Shown: positions 34,585-48,522 of the stretch, one piece after another | Position numbering within the stretch: position 1 is the first letter of the stretch | Layout: each line of letters opens with the position of its first letter | Source of the DNA: Octopus vulgaris | Taxonomy: Eukaryota | Assembly (NCBI GenBank): GCA_951406725.2 | Contig: OX597817.1 | Location: forward strand, 127,348,001 to 127,412,000 | DNA: 64,000 bases | Reading direction: 5' to 3' | Made by a program: the position numbers and the translations under genes | The notes under the pieces: generated by a model | What the model was told of the DNA's origin: nothing | The model's database searches: none | The model's input: only the letters and a program-made list of their open reading frames with translations

Positions 34585-36074
34585 GGTGTGTCGAGACCAA
34601 CTTGGATCTCTTCTTGCTAATCTATGGAGGAACTCACTGGGTGCTCGTTATATTCCTGAAAACTTTCTGTCCCAGTCTCTTTTCTCAGTTTTCAAAAAGG
34701 GAAACAAGTCTCTTGCAATGACCTACCGGCAGATCTCGCTCATTGCTCATATCATCAAAGTATTTGAGTGGGTGGTGATATCACGGATAACCCAGTTCCT
34801 TGAAAGCAACAGACTGCTGAACCCCAACCAACATATGTTCCGTAATGGAAGGAACTGCTAAACGCAGCTCCTGCATCAACTTGATGGCATTGTGAGAGCT
34901 TTGGGAGAGGGCTCAACTATTGATGTCATCTACTTTGATTTCAGCAAGGCCTTTGACACGGTGGATCATAAGAATGTCTTGAAAAAATTATCCGACATGG
35001 GTGTCACTGGAAAGTTACTACTATGGATCAAGTGTTTCCTGACAAGCAGAGCCTATATGTTGTAGTCGAAGGAGTAAAATCAAGCCCAGCCAAAGTTGAT
35101 GGTGACATTAATGTCACCATCAGGCACAGTAACATAAGAATCTCTGCAGATGATTCCAAGATCCAGAAGGTCATCAATGAAGTGGGTGACCGGCCATGGC
35201 TTCAGTTAGATCTACTGGCCGTCACCCAATGGTCGGAATAGAATAATATGCTGCTGAAATAGGACAAATTTGAGTCAATCCACTTCAGAAAAAGGGATAC
35301 GCTGAAACTCTCATACACTCTTCCTTCAGGTGTAACTCACATGGCATCCAACAACATCAGAGACTTAGCAGTAATTGTGGACAACAACAAAAGCTGGGCC
35401 GCTCATATAAACAGCAAAGTTGAAATGCATGGCCCGCAGATTATGCTCCTAGATTCTCAGAACATTCCAGTCGAGAAATATCCACAACATTATCCTTCTC
35501 TTCTCTACTTTTGGCCGATCCCACCTTGAATACTGTTGTCCACTGTGGTCTCCCCACATAAAACAAAGTATCACGAAAACTGAAGCACCTCAATGGTCAA
35601 TTGCAAAAAAAATAGATGGCATGACAGGCCTTAACTATCTGAGTCGACTAGGAAAGCTCAAGCTTTACTCTTTCCAACGCCGCCGATACGGAAAATATTC
35701 CATCAGCATTGCCCAAATGATGTTGGCATCGCCTTTAAGGTACACCCAAGACTTGGACCCCGAGCTATCCGCCCACAACATAAATCATATTGGCATCACA
35801 TAACAAAAATACGGTGCAATTATTTTACCTCATTTGGCCCCGCTCTCTTTAACATTATACCAAGACACACTAAAGCAGACTGGATCAAGTTCAAGAAACC
35901 TTCGGACAAATATCTTCAAAAATCTCAGGTAAACCTCCGATACCCGAATATGTCTCCATAACAACTACTCTCTCCTCTTGTGGGCCATATCCAATTCCTG
36001 ATTTGAGTGACTTTGCCAGGTGGTGCTATTAAGTTAGACATGGCCTGGGACAATAGTGGCCGAAACCTATCAAA

Positions 36075-36075
<1 letters not shown>
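34585..36075 (+). pseudogene. 5'-truncated, decayed CR1-like LINE reverse transcriptase
   Basis: VFKKGNKSLAMTYRQISL, DVIYFDFSKAFDTVDH, ISADDSKI, RDLAVIVD, HLEYCCPLWSP, LKLYSFQRRR, GPALFNI; multiple stops; ends at a (TA)n tract. Confidence 0.85.
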
Positions 36076-36127
<52 letters not shown>

Positions 36128-36933
36128 GGTGTCATTGAGACCCAAAGGTGTCAGGTAATGCTGAATAAGTGCTATAGACAGACCACAGTTAAGTTCCAGA
36201 TTCGGTAATTTTGGTAATAAGGGGTTCAACGTTGGTTCTATGTCAGCGTGTGTATATAAGAATCTACACAGCCTTGGTTTTTTATCTTATTACGCAAAAA
36301 AATCTTATATATACATATACATATATATGTATATGTGTTTGTATATGTGTCTGTGTGTGTGTACGAAATAATACTTAGCATTTTGTCCGGCGAGCTGACG
36401 ATTCTGCTATCTTGCCGTCTTTAGAAGGAATAAATACCTGAAACTAAATCTTATGTTATGTACTAAGCTATTCGTCTGTTCCTCACTTGAGAATTAACTT
36501 CAGAGGGTGTATTTAACTTTACCATAGTATTGCTTCGAAATTTTGTGCAAGGCACTAGTACTTATTTCACCGACCTTGACAGAATTTGAATTCGGAGCGT
36601 AAACACGCGTGAAGTGCCTCTAAGGATTTTGCCCGGAGCTGTAACTATGCTACCAGTTCGCCATCCTATATCTGTACCATACTAATACTAAGAGAATCTA
36701 AGTTCCGCACTTATGGTAATTTTTCTGACAATATGCTCTTGAAAATATCGTTTGAAAGAAGGATATTTCGCGACTAGCTATGGTACAAGATTTAGGTTCA
36801 TCCGTTTGCACCTTCATAACAGTTGCGAGAAGTTTCAGTAATCCTCATAGTTATATCTGGATTAAAAGTGTTACTGGATCACCAGTTGTCTGAAAATTGG
36901 TGTTATACCTGTACACACACACGCACACACACT

Positions 36934-36981
<48 letters not shown>

Positions 36982-37799
36982 TTCACACTCACAATCGCGC
37001 TCGCACACAAACACAATGTCATTTTGTATTTTCTATTTCCCACTAGAAAATTTGATTTGTTTCGCGATAAAAAATAAATTCAAGTAATTTCGATGATTAA
37101 ATGCAGATTGTTGGTTCCTTTAGAGGTTGGCATGTCTCTTCTTTCCAGATATCACTGAGTGCTGTGAGCACATACAATGGATAGACTTTAATATAACTTA
37201 TCTGATATTTGTGAATGCAATCACCACCTGCAGATAATATGGTTCATTTTCCTTATCAAAATTAACGCGACGACATCTAGGTACAGCAAAATTTTCTTTC
37301 TTTGCTTTCCATGTTTCTACTTATTTTAATTCACGTTCTAGTTATTTCATGTATCTAGTTATTTTGCTTACTTCCCTCGCATTATATTTACTAAAAGCAC
37401 ATGCACATTCGACTCAACCAGTTAATGATATGTAGATTTTAATGAACGATTGATTGCAGAAACCATTTGAAAAGTGAGTTATAATATCGTAATTCTTCTT
37501 TCCACATAATTACAAAACGTTCATATTAAGTGAAACTAATTCTCACTATGATCACCAGTCATATAGTTATATTGTTACGTTTCGGGTTCTTTAACTGTTC
37601 GATGCTAAATTCATTTGCCGTGACTTATGTTTTAGTAGGAAGGGCTCATTGGGTTGTGTAAATTTTGTACGAGAAATGTGAGTCTGAGAAAATCAGTCTA
37701 TCTAGTGAGAGTCGTGCGAGTTTGGTGGAAGTATTTACATTAATTGAAAGATATTCATTTTAAAAAAACGTCTTCTAGCATTACACTCCAACGAATCTT

Positions 37800-38700
37800 A
37801 CTTTATTCTCGTCTCATACGAATTGAATTACATTACTTAACATACTAGAAAGCACATGAAGATCTAGCGAACGTACTAATATACTGGGATTCAAAAACTA
37901 TGTTGTGCAGAGTAAAGAAGGAATACTATAAGAATAAGAAGCGACTGAAACAGTAGCAGAATTCAAAAAAGGAAGGTAGAACAACAGAACAAGCAAATGG
38001 AGAGAAATGGGATTACATGGTCAATTCATGTAACAAATCGGAGAAGCTGGAAATAAAGAACATCGGTTCTTACTGAAAGGCCAGAACTTGATATGAGAAC
38101 CCAAAACGCTCTGAAATAAGCCATTAGAACAAATTTGATAAAGGCGAAAAGTCGACAAAACCCAGTCAGACAGTAACTGTAGAATCTGCAGGAAAGAAGA
38201 CGAAAGTATCAATCATCACTTGAGTAAGTGCATCAGCATAAAAAGAGTCTTGGCATACGCATGAATGTGTAGGTATAAGATTACATTGGGATGTCAGGCG
38301 AGCGTGTGTGGTTCCAACATAACAGAAATGTAGTGTGAAGGCTAATCGTACAATTGAAGCAAGAAGACCAGATATGATCACAGAGAACAATATAAACACT
38401 GTAAGTTCATAGATTCTGCAATTCCCTATAATACCAGAATCGATAACAAAGAAATTGAAAAAAAAAAACAATGTGAAATAGCAGAATCTAGGCAGAGAGC
38501 TGAGTAGCATATGAAAGACCATAACAATATATATCCCGGTGGTAATTGATGAACTTAGGACAATACGCATAATGCTACCTTCCAGATTGAAAGAGAATGG
38601 AACTGAAACTTGCATTGTGGACCTGTAGTAAAAGTACTCTCTTAAATTCCACAAGAATTCAAGGAATTCTTGAAATTTAAGGAGTCTAGTTGTCAACAAA
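37800..38700 (+). pseudogene. Decayed R4/Dong-like non-LTR 3' fragment (CCHC + restriction-like endonuclease)
   Basis: NCRICRKEDESINH, EARRPDMI, IPVVI; similar to the better preserved copies at 39.3-40.7 kb. Confidence 0.6.
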
Positions 38701-38794
38701 TATTAAGATAAAATCCCTGCTAATTAAATTATAATGTACTAGCTTAACAACCACAACGACAACACCAGCAATAATAACAATAATAAAGATAATG

Positions 38795-38981
38795 GTTTGA
38801 AATATTTGCCAGAAGGCCAGCTAGATTGGGGGAGAGAGTGGACTGAGTACATTGACCGCAATGCTTAAACGGTCCTTATTTTATCGACCCCGAAAATATG
38901 AAAGGCAAAATCGAGTAGGCGGAATTTGAACTCAGCAACGCTGTTAAACATTTTTTAAGGCGCGGTAATGATTCGGCCAAC

Positions 38982-38982
<1 letters not shown>
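38795..38982 (-). mobile_element. Degenerate SINE of the family arrayed at 54805-55430 and 57830-58450
   Basis: CTTATTTTATCGACCCCGAAAATATGAAAGGCAAAATCGA..GCGGAATTTGAACTCAG. Confidence 0.7.
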
Positions 38983-39052
<70 letters not shown>

Positions 39053-39053
<1 letters not shown>

Positions 39054-39780
39054 TCGTATCTACAATAGAGTGGATGAAACCATCACGAACGAATGCCCTA
39101 GATTTGCCCAAAGCCACTACAAGTTATGGCGACAAGATCAGGTACCGAAAGTGCTACACTGGAAATTGTGCAAAAGTCGGGGCTAGTGAAAGGCAAGAAG
39201 CAGTATTAGCACAAATCGTAGAGAGTGATGGAATCGGAGACTTGCAAAATCCTCTGGAATTTCTCAGTCCAAATAGATCAGGTACAAGAACATGACATAC
39301 CGGATTTAGTAGTGGATATATGTTCATATATGAACATATGTGCTAAGTTCCTGTGGGATCTTATGATCCAGTGCGATCATGAGATAGAGAATAGGAAACC
39401 AGATATAGTGTCAACTGAGAAAGAAAGCAAATGATGCCGGATCATAGATAGAGCATGCCCAGCTGACAACAAGGTATGTGATAAGGAAAAGTCGATAGCT
39501 ATAACAGGTTTGCTTGGGAGGTTAAGCAATTGTGGTCGCTGAAAAAGGTGGTAGTAGTGCTAATGAATGTCGGAACTCTGAAAGCAGTGAGTAAAAGTCT
39601 TAAGAAGTACATGGAACAGATAGGGACTGCAATAAAGGTGATGGCAGAAAACAGCACTGGTTGGAACCGCTCGAATATTCCAGATGGTGCTCGAAAAATA
39701 AGAGCTGTTACCTTAGTTCATTTGTAGTGAACAGCTGACACCGTAGTACATCTCCAGCATGAAAAGCTGTGCGAAGGCAA
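39053..39780 (+). pseudogene. R4/Dong-like 3' fragments flanked by (TAA)n
   Basis: CKILWNF, KFLWDLMIQCDHEIENRKPDIV, WSLKKVVVV..VGTL; (TAA)n at 38984-39052 and 39779-39800. Confidence 0.75.
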
Positions 39781-39802
39781 TAAAATAATAATAATAATTA
39801 TA

Positions 39803-40170
39803 ACCGAAAATGAGAATTGCAAAATCCTGTGGGATGCAATGATCTAGTACGATCAACTGACCAGATATCGGAGTATTCGAGCGGTTCCATCTGCAAGTGC
39901 TCTACCTTTATTGCAGCGCCTATTTGTTCTATGTACTTCTCAAGACTTTTACTCACTTTTTCCAGGGCTCCAACAATTACTGGTTCTAGTACTACCTTAT
40001 TCAGCGACCACAACTCTTTAACCTCCCAAGCTAACCTGTTATATCTATTGACTTTTCTTTCTTCCTTATCGTCTACCGTGTTGTCAGCTGGGCATTCTAT
40101 ATCTATGATCCAGCATCGTTTACTCTCTTTCCCAATTAATACTATGTGGTTCCCTGTTCTGTATCTCATG
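39803..40170. pseudogene. R4/Dong-like fragment with internal inversion (39803-39855 plus, ~39864-40170 minus)
   Basis: ENENCKILWDAMI on plus continues as CWIIDIECPAD..KEERKVNRY..WEVKELW..PVIVGAL on minus. Confidence 0.75.
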
Positions 40171-40745
40171 CTAGTGCTTTTGAAAGTCTTGCGTGAAAAG
40201 AATACAAGCGTAGGCACAATAAAGTAGCCCAAAATTTCCACTGGCTACTATGCCGTAAGTATGGATATGAGGTTACTTGTGCTTGGTATCAACATACACC
40301 GGAAAAGGTAATGGACAAAAAGGGGAAGGCAAAAATCGTCCGGGACTTTGGTTTCCAGACAAACAAAATGTTAGAGCACCGAAGGCCGGATATAATAACC
40401 TTTAGGAGCGACAAACAAGAGTGCCTAATAATCGACGTGGCCGTACCAGGAGTTCAACATATCATCATGAAGGAAAGAGAAAAGTTTGATAAATATGGAG
40501 ACCTGAGAATTGAGATGTGGCAGCTACGAGAGTTGAACACAAAGGTCATCCCTGCTGTCATTGGAGCATTGGGTTCAATACCACCCAGTCTGATAAAAGA
40601 AAAACACACCTGAAAACCTGAGAAATACTCTACAATCTAGATGTATTGAAGAAGTCGGCATTACTTGGAACTGCACGCATATTGCTTAAAGAACTGTTTT
40701 TCTGAGGTCCTTGTAGCGACTTGAAAAACAGTTCAACAAAATATC
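40171..40745 (+). pseudogene. R4/Dong-like 3' fragment (RLE domain)
   Basis: YKRRHNKVA..HW, HRRPDII..CLIIDVAVP..KEREKFDKYGDL..VIPAVIGALG (PD-D..K restriction-like endonuclease); followed by (TAA)n. Confidence 0.82.
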
Positions 40746-40812
40746 AACAAAATACGGTGGACAAAATATCTTCAATCAACAATCTCACGATATTGTATAC
40801 TGGGCGATGTCT

Positions 40813-40839
40813 ATAATAATAATAATAATAATAATAATG

Positions 40840-40888
<49 letters not shown>

Positions 40889-40912
40889 TAATAATAACAA
40901 TAACAATAATAA

Positions 40913-40974
<62 letters not shown>

Positions 40975-40985
40975 ATAATAATAAG
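40813..40985. repeat. (TAA)n/(TAG)n microsatellite
   Basis: Direct reading. Confidence 0.95.
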
Positions 40986-42073
40986 AAGAAGAATAATTGA
41001 TGCTGTACCAGACAGTGGCTCTCATGGCTTCTGATGTTAACTGATTGGAAGTGTTATCATGTACATTGTTTTGTCTTGGAATAAAAGATGGGCTACAGCA
41101 AATATTCTGCTCAATACCACAGATTTGCTTATCAGTTGTTTGACCATAACCAGTTGAGCATGTCTGTTAGTGGCTGACGAAATATTTGCATCTCTGATTA
41201 CGAGCAAAATTAGTGGGAGATCATCATAACCATGTGTTGAGAGGGATTCTTTGGGCTTTGAATAATTCACCTCTGGAAACGTGGGTGTTTCGTTCAACAT
41301 CCGTAAACAACCCTTATTCAGGGACCTTTTGAGCGGGATTGGTTACTCGACCAGAAGAAAATTCTAACTGGGCCCCACCTGCAAGGTCATGTGCTGTTTA
41401 CCTTGAAGTGAGAGCACCATGTCGCGCACATATGGTTGTGATGCATGTGCCTGGTGTACCCTTATCAGACGGGTGGACATGATGGGTATACTTGGCTTCG
41501 TATATTTTACCCCAGTGTCATTTTGATGGCATGCACTGCTCTCTCACTCAATAATAATAAGAATGTAAATGAAATTTCCACGCCACATATCCCCTAAACT
41601 ATATATATTAACCAGTTACACAATCTTTTGGTTTCTCACTGAAGGTAACAAACCAGTCAGCTATATTCAATGTTTGAATTCATTCTATCGTTTAAATTTT
41701 TATGCTCTGAAATTGAATAAAAAAATTATTTAGTTTCGAATAATAAAGCAGTGAATTCAGGCTTACAAATATAGCCGAAGACTGTAAACTAGATAATTAT
41801 GTATTTAAATATAGATTTAGATATTAAAATAACTTAGTGACTATAAAATGCAAAAGCGAAAAAATTAAATCGATTAAATATGAATACTTTGCTATGTTTA
41901 ACATGACAAACCAATTATTTCTGTTTTAGTTTTCATTAGAGAGAAAATGATTGGTTGAAATGGTTGACTGCTGTAACTATACATCTCTCTCCCTCCCCCA
42001 ATTTTTATCTCTCTCCTTCTCTCACTTTCTCTCCCTCTCTCTCTCTCTCTCTTTATGATTATCAAACTATCTA

Positions 42074-42128
<55 letters not shown>

Positions 42129-42485
42129 TTGTGTGTATACATATTTATGTGTGAATATGCATACATACACACACTCACACACACACACACACACAAACAA
42201 ACACCGGCGCGTGGCCTTGCAGGATTTTGTAACACCTTGTAGTAAAAGCAGTTGCATCATATCGAATGGTCATGAGTTAATGCCAAAAAAATATAGACCC
42301 AACATCTCAACAGTTCCTTTCAGCGAGGCGGCAACACTATGGTAACCATATTATCTAATAGGCTTGCGTTATGTGTATAGAAACACCATTTTCCTGTAAA
42401 TAGGTACACAATCAAGTTTCCAGCGTGCCTTAGAGAGGACGAATTATGTAACGCAACAGAATGTAACTAGTGTAATAATAAGAAA

Positions 42486-43165
42486 AAATGAATTTCAGTC
42501 AGTTGCCAAACCAAAAGCAGGACACTTACTCCAATGCAGGCATTCAGAGTGAAAGGCTATCACGAATCTTACGAACGGTAATCAATTAATTCATAAACCT
42601 AGGACAAGGATTTGAGGTGTATAAGGCGAATGTAATTATCTTAAAATCAAGGTCGAAAATACTTGCATCAAATTTGGTAACAGAATTTACACATTTGCGC
42701 ACTTATTAGGACATGGTTAATAGTTTTAGCATAATTAGAGTAAAAGGCGAAAAAATCTATTATTCCTTGAGCAAAGAATAATCAAGTACGCCATCAAGAA
42801 TTATACAACGCGACAAGACGTACCCAATGTAAAATATATATATATATAATGAAATTTCGATCATTTGCCAAACCGAAAGTAGAATTCTTAATCCAATCTA
42901 GCTTTAGTGTGAAAGGTTGCCAAAAATCTTACGGAAGGTAATGAATTCATTTATAAAGCCCGGACAAGGAGTTAAGTTGGGTAAGTCGAATGTAAGCACT
43001 TTAAAATCAGGATGGTAAAGACTTGCATCGGATTTTGACAAGAATTTACACATCTGTGCGATTATTGAGACATGGTTAATAGATATTGGAATGATTAGAG
43101 AGAAGACGGAAAAAGCCGTTATTCATTCAGGAAATGATAATGAACAACATCCCCAAGAATTGGGA
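42486..43165. repeat. Diverged tandem duplication, unit ~360 bp
   Basis: 42486-42800 and 42848-43162 share colinear blocks (TTGCCAAACC, GTGAAAGG, AATCTTACG, GGACAAGGA, ACTTGCATC, AGAATTTACACAT, GACATGGTTAATAG). Confidence 0.8.
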
Positions 43166-44047
43166 ATATAAGCAAGTAAATAAAGTACTGCAGCACTTAA
43201 TAAATCTCAGCTAATTGATGAGGAAATATTGCATGCTAGGCTCACTTGTACACATGGAAATAATTAATTTATTCGCAGGATAAACTCACACAAATTAAGT
43301 TATCCACGATAAGAAAGATGTATTTTATAGAAAGCTTCAAAATTAGCCTGCAATCATTTTCTACTGATTATGGTAGATTTTAATGCCAACGTCGTAAACT
43401 ATGATAACGTTTCTTATTTTTCTGAACGTCTATGCAGTCAAGTAATGTGAAATATGAATGGAAATGGACTACGGTATAATGTTAAGCGTTACTTTGTTGT
43501 GTTCGTTTTTCTTAGAACTGAAATATACTCAAATTTACCTGAACTTAACAAGCCAGGATACTTCAGAATAAAATTGATCATACATGAATTGAAAAACGAC
43601 ATGGAAACTTATTAAATTATGTAAAGGCTAAGAGAAGAACGATATTACCAACGACCTTCAGCTCACAATATCAAAGTTACAAATTAAGCTAAAGTGAAAG
43701 GTGACAAGCAGAATCGTTGTACCAAAGTTTTATACGGAGAAAGTGAGATCTAAAGAAATTGTAAAAGAATTTATATATATATATATATGGAATAGTTTTG
43801 ATGTTCTACAGACTTTAATTGATGTAAAGAGAGTGGGTGAGAGCGTGTATCAGACGAGGAATGATATTGAAAAGACATGACAAGAAACAAGAAAATAACA
43901 TTGTAGAAATTAGGAAAGAACGAGATGGAAAAGATTGATTACGAAGAACACATCGGCCTCGAAAGAGAAAAGGGAGACAAAAATTAAAATAGGAAACTCT
44001 AATTCTGATTAAGGATAACATACAGACTTATATTCATATATATACAT

Positions 44048-44120
<73 letters not shown>

Positions 44121-44124
<4 letters not shown>

Positions 44125-44295
44125 GGGTAGGACAAAATAATGGAAACAGCTTAAAATTTCGAACAAATTTGTTCGAGTAAGGGGTAGGACCGCCTTTGGC
44201 AGGAATTACACCTTGAATTCTACAAGGTATGGACTCCTACAAAGTTTTAATTGTTTCCAGTGGATTTTTTCGTCCAGTCTGCATCTGCAGCTAAA
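44121..44295 (-). mobile_element. Tc1-like transposon end (TIR plus last transposase codons)
   Basis: TA|CAGGGGTAGGACAAAATAATGGAAACA terminus; minus translation PLETIKTL*ESIPCRIQGVIPAKGGPTPY. Confidence 0.75.
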
Positions 44296-45754
44296 TCAGT
44301 TTCTATTTCTTGTAGTGATGATGATGGAGGATATCGACTCCTTACTTGTTTTTCTTAAATGCACCAGTAATACTGTCTTAAATTGATTCCTTGGAAAGTG
44401 AAAAACTCCATTAAAGAACAAGAGACAGTCAGAGAGAGATTGAGAGAGAGAGAGAGAGAGAGTGTGTGTGTGTGTGTGTGTGTGTATGTCTGTGTGTCTG
44501 TGTGTCTGTGTGTCTGTGTGCGCGAGTGCATATGTGTGTGTGCGCGCGTACATGCGCGAGGGTGCGTGCGTGTGCGTGAGACAGACAGTAAGAGTGAGTA
44601 TTCCATGTCTATTCATTTATCTTAAATGAACAGATTATAATGTAATTATCAATACATACATACAATTAACGAATTGCTTGAAGGGAATGTGTGACAATGG
44701 ATAATATGAAATTACAATTCCTTATAGCAGTTATGTATCACATGCCCCTTCCTGCTCCTCCTCACATACCAAGACACCGATAGCATATGATACAAAACTC
44801 ACAATTCCAAAACCTGTACCTCTCTCCAAATATATGATAATATGAATATGCGACATGACGATTGGGCACGTGGTTTATTATATCTGTCTTTTGTTCTGTA
44901 AATCATTTGTAAAATAGCTTTTACTTGAAATATCTCGACTAATATTTGTAAAGTAACATGTCAATATTATTGTAAATGCTAATTGCTATATATATATCAT
45001 GTTCCAAGTACATCGGAATCTCCTTCTATAACATACTGATCTCCTATACATTCCGCAATGCTTCAATCAAACAAACACTTTCTGTTATATACATGCACAT
45101 ATGTAATGTGGTGTAAATCGCAATGAATTCAACCCTGTGATATTAAACGTATAACTTCATAATTCTCCTCTATATTACTCTGAAAATAGACTCTGAGTCG
45201 CTCATAGAAAGTGCTGATAACTTCATATTTCTCCTCTATACTGCTCTGCAAATCTATCAACTCATTCTGCCGGGAAAATATACCTCAATTTCCTGCACGA
45301 ATACACTGCGCTTTATGGTTGTCAAATGATTAAATACATAGCAGTTTTATATATGAATTTAATCGTATATAAACAATACGCTAAGATTTTACTAAATTCT
45401 AATTCCCCTTACCTTATACATAGGTATGCATGCATGTGTATATGCTCTCTCGCGTAATGAGGAACAGATCATGCCAAAAAATATTTCCAGCCTTCTGTTT
45501 CGATATGTATTTACACACCAAAAATTATTTCCCGGTATTTTTCAAATCTTATGCATGCCTCACGAAAATCTAACATCTAAGTAAAATTTTGGAGTTCTGG
45601 AATATACAGATATGATTCGTGGTGAAACAGCTCAAGTTAAAACCCTTTCTAGATAATATAAATATGCATACATATATGTATGTATGAGTGTGTGTGTGCG
45701 CACGCGCATATGTGTCTGAATATATATATTAAACCTCGCCAAGTTAAATATTTA

Positions 45755-45823
45755 AACCACCTAAAGAATGACTGTAACTCGAAAATTATAAGAATTGACC
45801 AGCCATGAAACGATCGTAGTGTT
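45755..45823 (+). ncRNA. Degenerate type I hammerhead motif in a Penelope-like fragment
   Basis: CAC-CTAAAGA(G5>A)-A-TGACTG..CAGCCA-T-GAAA-CGATCG-TA-GTG; palindromic ACGATCGT stem III as at 62539-62546. Confidence 0.5.
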
Positions 45824-46118
45824 ATATTAATTATCTTTTTTAATAATTTTGATATATATTTAAATAATATAAATTAATTAATCTTATGTATTGGCTTAAG
45901 TTTTTCATTGTATGATTTGCCTAATAGTGGTTTTATCTCTAATTTAATATAATATAATATTTTACTATAAAATTGGATTCAATCCTAAATCTGATTTTTC
46001 CCTGTAAGTTTGGATTTATTCCCTAATATTTTATTATATATATATATATATACGTATATATATATATATTTATATTCATATATATGTATATATATATATA
46101 TATATATTTATATTCATA

Positions 46119-46167
<49 letters not shown>

Positions 46168-46309
46168 GTATATATGTATTTATATTCATATATATGTATA
46201 TATATATAGATAGATAGTATATAATTGAAAGGGCAGGCAACATGTTGCTCTGTCGCATACCGAAAGAATTAGAAATGGCAGTCAGAGACTGTTTATTTCC
46301 ATTTTCTAT

Positions 46310-46380
<71 letters not shown>

Positions 46381-47289
46381 TTTATATATACATATATGCA
46401 TGTATGTATATATGTATGTATGTATATGTGAAATATTAGCTGAATAATCGCTCTATATTCATACTTAAAACTCGTATTATCTGTAGCATAGGTATGCGGA
46501 TTACGAAACATCACCTGAAGAATCACATCTTGGCGAAATTTCTCATAGTAACTTCAACAACGATTATTTTGTAAATTTTATATTTACAGACATTCTCGCA
46601 TACATATATAGATACATAGATCGTATATACATAATCTCATATGTTCATGGGTACATATATATCTGTCTGCGGGGGTGTGCGTCTGTACACACATACGCTC
46701 CCTCACACACACACACATACACACACACACATATTCATATACATATATATATATACTTATATACGTTTGTGTGTTTTTCCCTGATCGATATCACATAGAC
46801 ACATAACACTGACATTCACAGAGGACTATACGTTCATATTTACAAAGGAAGATATAAACTTTGTGCTTCAATTTGGGTAGAGAGATTTCTGACAAAGCAG
46901 ACTCATATATTGGTCTGGTAATAGGATAGGTTACTCTTATAGGACGAGATCAAATATTTCCTTTCAGGTGTGATTTGCCAATTTATCTGGAATTTAGATC
47001 TCTTCTTAAGCAAATTGTATCAACTTTTTTTTGTGTGTGTCCGAGTTTTGTTTGGTGTTCGCTCTTCTTTCTTTGTTTGTTGGTTTGTTTGTCTTTGGCT
47101 TTATATTTCTTAGTTGATTTCAATTTCCTCTTTTGGAGTTTTTCCAAAACTAATCTAGAAAATAAACCATTTAAAATGGCAAGTAATGGAAAAGGAGCTA
47201 AAGAATAAAATAGTGTGTGTGTGTGTGTGTGTGCGTGCGTGTGTGTATACATACAAATATGAATATATACATATGCGTGTGTGTGAGTG

Positions 47290-47336
<47 letters not shown>

Positions 47337-47429
47337 CCTTATATAAATGCATATATATATACATACACCTACATGCATGCATACATACGTTCATACATAC
47401 ATACATAAATACATACATACATACATACA

Positions 47430-47461
<32 letters not shown>

Positions 47462-48344
47462 ACTGCCAATATGTCAAAACGAAATACATTGAATAAGAAA
47501 ACTCAAATACAAGAAATCTTTACAATTGGTTCTGTCCTTATGTCGGTACAAATGTTATGCGGTCGAAGAACAGACAATTGATAGGTGCTTTAATTAAACT
47601 AGTTGTAAGGGAGTGAGTAGAAAGTTAATTTATAAGGGATTTGAACTTAGTACATGAACCGCTGACACTCTACCGATCTGCTCTCCACTGCTCTAATATT
47701 TGAAAGCAGTATAATTCATACATTTCTGGCAAGTCTTATGAAGGCACGTGGCCTTAGTGGTTAGAAATATTCGGTTCATGATCCTAAAGTTTGTGGCTTT
47801 ATTTTCTGCTCAGATCGATGCATTTGTGACCTTGAGTCAATCACATAGTTCTACGTTCTTCAGTTTACTCAGTCATAAATAGGTATCATCAGTATGTCGA
47901 TACAGCCCGGTCTTGATTCTTCCTTTCGGTCATGGTCCGAGAGAGTGCCTGTGTCTGTTCTCGATTTACGTACTTAAGCACGTAAATAAATTGGCTAAGT
48001 TAAAGCGAAGTATGTATTCAACAATGAGCCAAAATTATGTCACAATTTTCTCTTGCAAATATTATGCTTCTTATTCCCTATATGCCTCACAGATGCATTT
48101 CCTTTGAGCGTCAATTTTGTAAAATACCAGTAATCTACTTAAAAGCAACCTCCGATATTACCTCAATCATATTTGCTCGTATATACAGCATATCTAGTAA
48201 AATAGTAACTGCGGTAAAATCTGTTTTATTTCTCTTACTGAGGCCTGAATAACAGTATAGATTTAAAATTTTCCATTTTTGTTTGACTTCTGTAAAAATA
48301 TGTCACGAAGTATTATCTTAGTTGTTGGATTCATGAAATTACAT

Positions 48345-48386
<42 letters not shown>

Positions 48387-48522
48387 ATACACACATACAC
48401 ACACATTTATACACACTCACATATATGTGCTTACACATATGCATGTATATAGATAGATAGATCGATAGATAGATAGATAGATAGATACATAGATAGATAG
48501 ATAGACAGACAGACAGATAGAT

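Noticed and set aside
43700-44020. Possible GIY-YIG/Penelope coding relic (also ~810-1100)
   Set aside because: Too degenerate to recover diagnostic motifs by eye
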